Shown here in pieces: positions 8,605-14,787 of a stretch of 64,000 bases of DNA (its first letter is position 1; each line of letters begins with the position of its first letter). The notes beneath the pieces are model-generated. The model ran no database searches. It was not told the origin of the DNA and was given only the letters and a program-made list of their open reading frames with translations. This stretch comes from a virus: positions 100,107 to 164,106 of the IMG/VR virus record IMGVR_UViG_3300020057_000027, one strand, 5' to 3'. The translations under genes were made by a program, and so were the position numbers.

Positions 8605-8858
8605 AAGTTGGTGAATTAATTGAATTACTAAAGACAGCTCCACAAGATCTTGAAGTGTTAGTTCCAGGATATGAAGGTGGATTTGATGACATAACTCGGG
8701 CCGTTACAGACTATGTAACATTTAATGCTAATAAGGAATGGTGGATGGGTTCACATGATGTTATTGAACCTAATCAGGTAAAAGACACAGAAAGGCCAAA
8801 CGCATTGCTATTAAGGACTACTCGTAATGAAAGAAAACTCGGCGCAGAAAGCGATTAA
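8601..8858 (+). CDS. conserved-type phage hypothetical protein
   Basis: MKV.ELIE.L...PQDLEVLV.GYEGGFDD motif. Confidence 0.8.
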   Translation: MKVGELIELLKTAPQDLEVLVPGYEGGFDDITRAVTDYVTFNANKEWWMGSHDVIEPNQVKDTERPNALLLRTTRNERKLGAESD

Positions 8859-9087
8859 AGACTTTCTATTAAATGAAGTCCTTAGACGTGATGATACTAT
8901 ATCGGAACGTGAGTTAAAACTTACTGAAGCGATGATCCGCGCGAAGCTGGCAGAGCTTGTTGTCCAAGTAGAAAAATTAGATGATAAATCTTCCGCAGAT
9001 GCTTATAATAGCTATTTGCTTACCGCACTATCATTAAAAATAATACTATCATATTCAAAAAAGTTGAGGGCCGATGCAGTGGTTTAA
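8827..9087 (+). CDS. helical-hairpin hypothetical protein
   Basis: ORF track; AAGGA RBS. Confidence 0.65.
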   Translation: MKENSAQKAIKDFLLNEVLRRDDTISERELKLTEAMIRAKLAELVVQVEKLDDKSSADAYNSYLLTALSLKIILSYSKKLRADAVV

Positions 9088-9544
9088 AAAGCTATTTAAG
9101 AAATCACTTAATACTCAATTAAATGAGGCAGCACACGAATTCAAAGATCTTGATGCTAATGATATTGGTTCAGCTACTAGTACAGCATCTACTCATCCAG
9201 TAACACATTCATGGAGTCAAAATGCTCATAATGTTCATATACCGATGGGAGCTGTTCCGGGAATAATGGGTGCCCACGTTCATACTCCACCAAGCCAGAA
9301 TCCAGTTTATGCGGGTGTAGGAATTCCTAATAATTTTAATATTCAAAAAAGAGATAGGTCAGTAACTTCATATAGAGCGCGGGAATATGTGGATAAACTC
9401 AATTTAAAAATCGCCAGTCTAATAAGAATAAGACTTGTTGCTAAGACACAAGAAGAAAAAGACGCATTGACGTTATCAATTGATATATTAGAAATGAGCA
9501 GGGAACTTGTAACGGAAGTATTTGTCAATCAACTAAAAGATTAA
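9074..9544 (+). CDS. hypothetical protein, low-complexity N-half and helical-hairpin C-half
   Basis: GAGGG RBS. Confidence 0.7.
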   Translation: MQWFKKLFKKSLNTQLNEAAHEFKDLDANDIGSATSTASTHPVTHSWSQNAHNVHIPMGAVPGIMGAHVHTPPSQNPVYAGVGIPNNFNIQKRDRSVTSYRAREYVDKLNLKIASLIRIRLVAKTQEEKDALTLSIDILEMSRELVTEVFVNQLKD

Positions 9545-9545
9545 T

Positions 9546-9923
9546 ATGAAACTTTTTAAAGATGTGGGGTTTCTATTAAGGTGGTATGATAAAGAAGATC
9601 TATTATATTTCTATGAGCAATTACAGAATAGAATAACCAATACAGTTAAGAGTGAAACGACAGATAACGAAAAGCTTCAGGGATACATCTGGAAGATAAT
9701 GGCTACTACTATTGAACGTTGTCTTCCTCAAAGTAGAAGATATACAAGAATAAACGAAAAACAGAGAGAAGAGTTCTGCCAATTAATATCAGATAGAATG
9801 AAAGATTTGAATGTACAGTATCAAGATTACACAATAACAAAACAAGAAAGAGAAACTATATTGTTTAGTTTATATGCAATGAAGTTTCTTTTGGCCTTAG
9901 CAAAACACGATGACCTATTTTAG
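9546..9923 (+). CDS. hypothetical protein with two helical-hairpin units
   Basis: ORF track, packed. Confidence 0.7.
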   Translation: MKLFKDVGFLLRWYDKEDLLYFYEQLQNRITNTVKSETTDNEKLQGYIWKIMATTIERCLPQSRRYTRINEKQREEFCQLISDRMKDLNVQYQDYTITKQERETILFSLYAMKFLLALAKHDDLF

Positions 9924-9931
9924 GAGACAAT

Positions 9932-10153
9932 ATGAATAAGAATAAATTAAATGAACTTGTGGCTCGCATCGAAGCTAAACTGGATAAAATGCCAGATAAT
10001 ACTAAGAAGACAAAAGAGAAAGAAGATATTCTCTTGACAAAAGGTATATTAGAGTTTATACTGATGTTAGCTCAAAATGAATTGAGTAAAAATTCTGAAA
10101 ATGGATTAGTGGCAACACTAGAGGAAGTATATAACTTAACACACGATGAGTAG
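9932..10153 (+). CDS. helical-hairpin hypothetical protein
   Basis: AGGAG RBS. Confidence 0.75.
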   Translation: MNKNKLNELVARIEAKLDKMPDNTKKTKEKEDILLTKGILEFILMLAQNELSKNSENGLVATLEEVYNLTHDE

Positions 10154-10385
10154 AGATATATTAGACGCATTTGAAAGGAGGCATGGGAAGAGACAGTTTG
10201 AAAATGAACAACTTCCTAAGTTGACTGGCGTTGAAAAAAGATTATTTTGTGATAGACTACAAACTAAAATAGTAGCATTACAAAATCAATTGGATAAAGA
10301 GAGTGGTTCAAATTTAGATAATCTTAAACTATCTCAGATGACTTTAATGTGGATATACGATCAAGTTTTTTATGGTAAATTATGA
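10146..10385 (+). CDS. helical-hairpin hypothetical protein
   Basis: ORF track, overlapping neighbours. Confidence 0.7.
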   Translation: MSRDILDAFERRHGKRQFENEQLPKLTGVEKRLFCDRLQTKIVALQNQLDKESGSNLDNLKLSQMTLMWIYDQVFYGKL

Positions 10386-10960
10386 AAGATGAATTAGAGA
10401 AAGAAATAACAGATAGTTGTCCTAAACTTTTCAGATCGTTCTGGGAAGAGAGACAAAAACTTAATGATCAATGGGCCGCTAAAGGTCGAGAACCTTTTCA
10501 TCCGATTGCTTTTGGTTTTGAGTGTGGTGGTGGGTGGTTTCCTATCCTAAAAGAACTATGCTTAAAGATTGAAGCATTAATCAATACATTACCGTTAGAC
10601 GAACAGCAAAATTTTCATGTTGCTCAGGTTAAAGAAAAGTTTGGCGGACTTAGATTCTATATGCATGGCGAGACTGATGAAATGAGTAAACTTATCAGAG
10701 AAGCAGAAGAAAAATGTGATTCTACTTGTGAGACTTGTTCCGCTCCATCTATCCAATTAGGTCAGGGCTGGATTGTTAATGCTTGTCGGCCGTGTTGGGT
10801 GAAGTATGCAGTCGGCCACAGTTATCGCTATGATACTGATGAAGAATCCCAAGGAAAGTATTATGATGATACTGTAAAGCGCATTAATAAACGTAAGACC
10901 GCACTAGCAAGAGTAAACAAACTAAGAACTAGTAAGGGTTTAGAAATCCGTCATTATTAA
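10382..10960 (+). CDS. conserved phage protein (QVKEKFGGLRFY family) with CxxC pairs
   Basis: FECG.GW...QVKEKFGGLRFY...AE..C..TCETC...C..C motif. Confidence 0.85.
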   Translation: MKDELEKEITDSCPKLFRSFWEERQKLNDQWAAKGREPFHPIAFGFECGGGWFPILKELCLKIEALINTLPLDEQQNFHVAQVKEKFGGLRFYMHGETDEMSKLIREAEEKCDSTCETCSAPSIQLGQGWIVNACRPCWVKYAVGHSYRYDTDEESQGKYYDDTVKRINKRKTALARVNKLRTSKGLEIRHY

Positions 10961-11001
10961 ATTGAACAAAATCAATACCTTATAGTCTCTTGGAATAACT
11001 G

Positions 11002-11040
11002 TTGACAGTGACGGATAATCCATGATATACTTATAGTATA
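11002..11040 (+). promoter_or_regulatory. sigma70-type early promoter (repeat copy 1)
   Basis: TTGACA-18 nt-TATACT with extended TG. Confidence 0.85.
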
Positions 11041-11139
11041 GAGAGTGAGTTGATATCAAATTCATTCTGAGGTGTTTACGGTTTCCACCTTTCCCACCAG
11101 AGACATATAAACCGTTTATTTTATAATGAGGTATTGAAC

Positions 11140-11397
11140 ATGATTACACAAAACGAATTGAACAAACTAAGCAGAGAAGAACTAAGAGAATTAAATCATC
11201 GTATCGTAGTAGCTTTAAACTATAAGCAAGCCGCACTAGCAATTACCTTTAGTGTTGGAGATCGGGTTTCCTTCACAGGAAAATATAATCAAAAATTAAC
11301 TGGTCAAGTTACCAAAGTAAACCTAAAAAGCATTAAAGTTAAAGATATTAATAATGGAAACTGGAAATGTTCACCAAGTCTATTAACTAAAATCTAA
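11140..11397 (+). CDS. small protein with C-terminal SH3/KOW-like beta-barrel
   Basis: FSVGDRVSF...GQVTKVN.K.I.V...W..SPSLL; GAGGT RBS. Confidence 0.75.
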   Translation: MITQNELNKLSREELRELNHRIVVALNYKQAALAITFSVGDRVSFTGKYNQKLTGQVTKVNLKSIKVKDINNGNWKCSPSLLTKI

Positions 11398-11431
11398 TAA
11401 AATCAACCACTTAGATATCGTGGAATAGTTG

Positions 11432-11490
11432 TTGACAGTAGCAGTTATTCCATGATATACTATAAGTATAGACAATAAGAACTAAGAGGT
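11432..11490 (+). promoter_or_regulatory. sigma70-type early promoter (repeat copy 2)
   Basis: TTGACA-18 nt-TATACT; flanks similar to 10971-11042. Confidence 0.85.
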
Positions 11491-11499
11491 AGTTATATT

Positions 11500-11786
11500 A
11501 TGATTCAATTAAGTGATACGCAAGTAAAAAAAATTAAGCAAGTGACTGGATATCGTGGTCGTAATGTTAAACTAGAAAACTTTAAACCTGGAATGGGTTT
11601 AGCTTCATATTGGGATGAGGGTTCTAAAAATAATTTTTGGATAATGGTCATGCGGTTCCGGTTTCATCTAATGGTGGACCGTTTCAAAAAAATGAAATCA
11701 AACTTGAAAATCTTGAAGCTAATCAAGTTGTAGCTGAAGTTAGTATTTTCAGAGGTAAATCAGTAGCTTTATATATTCATTCATAA
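11500..11786 (+). pseudogene. frameshifted early gene (true C-terminus in the -1 frame)
   Basis: after SYWDEGSKNNF the -1 frame reads LDNGHAVPVSSNGGPF...EVSIFRGKSVALYIHS* and stops at the RBS of the next gene. Confidence 0.65.
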
Positions 11787-11796
11787 GAGGTAAATC

Positions 11797-12051
11797 ATGA
11801 GTACAGCAACAATAATTGAAAGTCCGGAAACTTTAGTTTTGTTTAGTTATACTACTCCGGTTGCTTATGTCAATAAGTTGACTGGAGAAGTTTTCAAGAC
11901 AAGTAAAAAACATAGTAAGACTACTACTAAACATATCAATCAATTTTTTAGTGAGAAGGTTATTGGAAATACTCATTCTGCTTTTAACGTGATCGAAGTT
12001 GAGCAAGAGACATTAGACAAGAAATTTCCACTTAGCATTGTTAAACTATAA
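11797..12051 (+). CDS. conserved phage hypothetical protein
   Basis: LFSY.TPVA...T.K..S.TT.KHIN motif; GAGGT RBS. Confidence 0.85.
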   Translation: MSTATIIESPETLVLFSYTTPVAYVNKLTGEVFKTSKKHSKTTTKHINQFFSEKVIGNTHSAFNVIEVEQETLDKKFPLSIVKL

Positions 12052-12059
12052 GAGGTAAC

Positions 12060-12257
12060 ATGAAAGCAATATATTTTCCAAGTAGAAAAGAAGAACTATT
12101 GAAGCTATTAGAAGAGCTTAAAGACGTTGTACTAGCTAGTCGAAGTCTACTAGAGGGTGAGCATTATCGTGATGCTAGTGAGACGGTAAAGAGCTTGATT
12201 GAGACAATAGAAGAAAGAGAAGTTGAAGAAGTTGTTTTGGGAGATCAATATGAATAA
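12060..12257 (+). CDS. acidic hypothetical protein
   Basis: GAGGT RBS. Confidence 0.75.
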   Translation: MKAIYFPSRKEELLKLLEELKDVVLASRSLLEGEHYRDASETVKSLIETIEEREVEEVVLGDQYE

Positions 12258-12441
12258 AGAAAATTTAAATACTCCAAAACGTGTATGGGTGAATTCACCT
12301 AGTACACTTCAACCATATCACGAGCTACACGGAAGAATTGGAATCGCAGTCTTAATAAAAGACGAAGTACGAATTTACTTCACGGAAGGTTCAGTTCATA
12401 ATCAGCAAATAGATCCTTTATATCTTTCGGAGAAACATTAA
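12250..12441 (+). CDS. small SH3-like hypothetical protein
   Basis: GGGAG RBS before ATG 12250. Confidence 0.7.
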   Translation: MNKENLNTPKRVWVNSPSTLQPYHELHGRIGIAVLIKDEVRIYFTEGSVHNQQIDPLYLSEKH

Positions 12442-12442
12442 T

Positions 12443-12637
12443 ATGAAAAATGAAATATCAGTTGTGCTTAATGGGGTTGTTATTGGTAAGGTTTATGAGC
12501 TATCAGATCGTTGGGTTGCTCAGCCGTCGTGGTCGCTTTATAGTTGTTCGTTTCTTAGCAGTGAAGAAGCAATAATTGAACTTAAATTCCATTATCAAAC
12601 AAGTCAATTGCAATCAGGTAATCATCAAATACAATAG
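12443..12637 (+). CDS. hypothetical protein
   Basis: GGAG RBS, packed. Confidence 0.65.
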   Translation: MKNEISVVLNGVVIGKVYELSDRWVAQPSWSLYSCSFLSSEEAIIELKFHYQTSQLQSGNHQIQ

Positions 12638-12645
12638 AGGTATCA

Positions 12646-12882
12646 ATGAATAGTGAAGACATTAAACGTTATCAAAGAGCTTTTGAGCAGGGTAGACAAG
12701 ACGTATTAAACAAAACAGATACACTAGAGCTTGCAAGAGACGAAAAGGAATATGAATTCTATATCAAAGGTCGTAAAGATGCTGGAGAGATTCCAGTTAA
12801 AGTTGAACCACGGATTGAAGGTTATTCAAGACAAACTGCGGAAACTGAAAACGTTAATCCACTTAAAACTATACTCTTCTAA
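12646..12882 (+). CDS. hypothetical protein
   Basis: GAGGT RBS. Confidence 0.75.
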   Translation: MNSEDIKRYQRAFEQGRQDVLNKTDTLELARDEKEYEFYIKGRKDAGEIPVKVEPRIEGYSRQTAETENVNPLKTILF

Positions 12883-12899
12883 GAAAAACTCGTAGTTCT

Positions 12900-12953
12900 A
12901 AATGGGTAATATACTGGTTTCATTACCCTATTTCCGTTACTTATTACCCTATT
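12900..12953. repeat. ATTACCCTATT direct repeats plus one inverted copy
   Basis: exact copies at 12922-12932 and 12943-12953; inverted near-copy at 12900-12910. Confidence 0.7.
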
Positions 12954-12969
12954 ATATTCCAAATAAGTA

Positions 12970-13027
12970 TTGACAAGAGCATTGGATCTATGGTATACTA
13001 TAAGTATAGACAATAAGAATAAGAGGT
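12970..13027 (+). promoter_or_regulatory. sigma70-type early promoter (repeat copy 3)
   Basis: TTGACA-18 nt-TATACT; 12994-13019 identical to 11456-11481. Confidence 0.85.
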
Positions 13028-13028
13028 A

Positions 13029-13328
13029 ATGAGAATGAAAATTGAATTTAGTTTATTGAATAAGAAGTATAATGAAGCATTGAAGCTGGTTAAAAGTCCA
13101 GAGAATGAATCAAGTATTGTTAAGAACGTTCCGCTTGAGGTACTAGACAAGGTTAAAGAGATATTGAAAGAGACGTTTCCGAATTCAAAGTTTTATGTTA
13201 AGTATAGAGGTCCAAGACAAGCTGTTGGATCTGCTAGTGGTACGTGTTGGAAAAAGTTTGCTAAGTCGGCAGCTATATATTTCAAAACGTCATATGATTA
13301 TGAGACAAGAACTTGGAAGTATCAGTAA
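13029..13328 (+). CDS. conserved-type phage hypothetical protein
   Basis: YRGPR...C.K..A...AIY motif. Confidence 0.75.
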   Translation: MRMKIEFSLLNKKYNEALKLVKSPENESSIVKNVPLEVLDKVKEILKETFPNSKFYVKYRGPRQAVGSASGTCWKKFAKSAAIYFKTSYDYETRTWKYQ

Positions 13329-13356
13329 TTAGAGAGCTTATAAGGTTTAAAATTAT

Positions 13357-13465
13357 GCCGGGCTAGCTCAACGAAAGAGCGGCCAAAGAACACCGCACTG
13401 TCCGTGTTGAGGACAGAGAGCGGATTCTGGTGTAAGGGTTCCGGGTTAAACTCCCGGGCCCGGCG
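13357..13465 (+). ncRNA. tRNA-like RNA with extended anticodon arm
   Basis: perfect 7-bp acceptor GCCGGGC/GCCCGGC, T8A9, D-stem GCTC/GAGC, T-stem CCGGG/CCCGG with 7-nt loop; about 50-nt hairpin in place of the anticodon arm; no encoded CCA. Confidence 0.8.
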
Positions 13466-13545
13466 GCTTATAAGGTAGCGTTGGAAGACGAGAAAATAAC
13501 ACGAGGCGACTGTACGCGCCTACTCTAATGAAAAGTTTTTTTATG

Positions 13546-13581
13546 TTGACAGTATATGATTAATCTGGTATTATTATAATA
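13546..13581 (+). promoter_or_regulatory. sigma70-type promoter, likely leaderless transcript
   Basis: TTGACA-17 nt-TATTAT with extended TG; ATG 13581 is 7 nt after the -10. Confidence 0.75.
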
Positions 13582-14273
13582 TGGGTTGCGATATTCACAT
13601 ATATCCTGAGTGGTACTCTAAGAAAGACCAACTAGAAAGTATACCAGAAAAATCTGTTTGGATTCATTCCGCTTGTTCTGAATTTCATGTTGGTAGAAAT
13701 TACGAGCTGTTTAGTATAATGGCTCAAGTAAGAGGTGCTTCTCCATTTGGTTATTCACCAAGAGGTTTACCCGATGATCCAGCTCCTGGATTTGATGCTA
13801 GTTACAAATATAAACTAATAGTAATACCCGATGAAGAATTAAAAGAATCAGGTTCGTCGGATTTTGGACAGTCTTTTGTTGCAAAGAGTATAGCAGAAAA
13901 TTGGAAAACCTGTTTATGTTATTCAATCAAAGTATTACAAGATGCAGATCCAGAAAACAGAAAAAGAGAAGAGATCATGCATCCAGATTATCATTCTCAT
14001 TCGTGGTTGACCACAAAAGAATTATTTCACGTTAGACAGATCTATCTAAGAGAGCAGATCGAATTTAATTACTCCCAATATGATATGACAAAGAAGAAAG
14101 TTAAACCTCTTCTTAAAAAGCTTGATGATTGTCCAGACCCTATAGACCTGTTCAATATAAATTTTGGTAATTTTGAATATACTAGTCTTAATGCTTTGAT
14201 TGGTATGTTATATTCTGCTGAGAGAACTGATCCAGATACGCAAGGTAGAATAGTTTTTTGGTTTGATAGTTAA
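13581..14273 (+). CDS. conserved phage protein (MGCDIH family)
   Basis: MGCDIH...RNY.LF..MA.VR...PRGLP.D...HSHSWLT..EL...RIVFWFDS. Confidence 0.85.
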   Translation: MGCDIHIYPEWYSKKDQLESIPEKSVWIHSACSEFHVGRNYELFSIMAQVRGASPFGYSPRGLPDDPAPGFDASYKYKLIVIPDEELKESGSSDFGQSFVAKSIAENWKTCLCYSIKVLQDADPENRKREEIMHPDYHSHSWLTTKELFHVRQIYLREQIEFNYSQYDMTKKKVKPLLKKLDDCPDPIDLFNINFGNFEYTSLNALIGMLYSAERTDPDTQGRIVFWFDS

Positions 14274-14285
14274 AGGAAATATATT

Positions 14286-14570
14286 ATGTTTAAATACCCT
14301 GAATCGTTTGTTGCTAAGTGTAAAGAAGTTTATCCTGATTGGGAAGATCTCCATTATCAATTGAATCTCAATAGTCGAGCAGTTGGTAATATTCTTGAGC
14401 GTGGAGTAGGTTTCTCATTAGATGAAGAGATGATTATATCATTATTCAGAAACAAGAAAGAAACTAAAATTTTAGAAGCTGCTAAGAGAGCTAAACTTAA
14501 ACGAGATCTTTATAGAGAGTGGACAGAAGTGGTAGATACAATCATAGAGCATAACGGGCATGAGGTTTAG
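14286..14570 (+). CDS. hypothetical protein
   Basis: AAGGA RBS. Confidence 0.75.
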   Translation: MFKYPESFVAKCKEVYPDWEDLHYQLNLNSRAVGNILERGVGFSLDEEMIISLFRNKKETKILEAAKRAKLKRDLYREWTEVVDTIIEHNGHEV

Positions 14571-14571
14571 A

Positions 14572-14727
14572 GTGTCAGAAGACGAAGTGAAAGTTGTTTT
14601 TAAATGTGGTGTAGGTGAAGCACTAGCAATGATTATTTCATGGAGTCTTCATAAGTCTTTAATTTGGGCTATAGTTCATGGACTGTTTGGCTGGTTCTAC
14701 GTCATTTATTATATCATCGTAAGGTAA
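14572..14727 (+). CDS. small membrane protein (51 aa, not in track)
   Basis: GTG after GAGGT; G.G.ALAMIISWS..KSLIWAIVHGLFGWFYVIYY hydrophobic motif. Confidence 0.75.
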   Translation: MSEDEVKVVFKCGVGEALAMIISWSLHKSLIWAIVHGLFGWFYVIYYIIVR

Positions 14728-14787
14728 TATAGGTTTCTAAAACTGAACTAAATATCTCTATGATTGATAAAACATATGTAGAGATTT

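Noticed and set aside
13357-13465. Ordinary tRNA-Asn, or tRNA with a bulge-helix-bulge intron
   Set aside because: The arm is far too long for a normal tRNA, and the bulges around CCGC/GCGG have the wrong size and polarity for a BHB motif.
13466-13540. HDV-like (theta) ribozyme downstream of the tRNA-like RNA
   Set aside because: Only one small hairpin (AGGCG/CGCCT) is evident; the nested pseudoknot and L3 motif could not be built.
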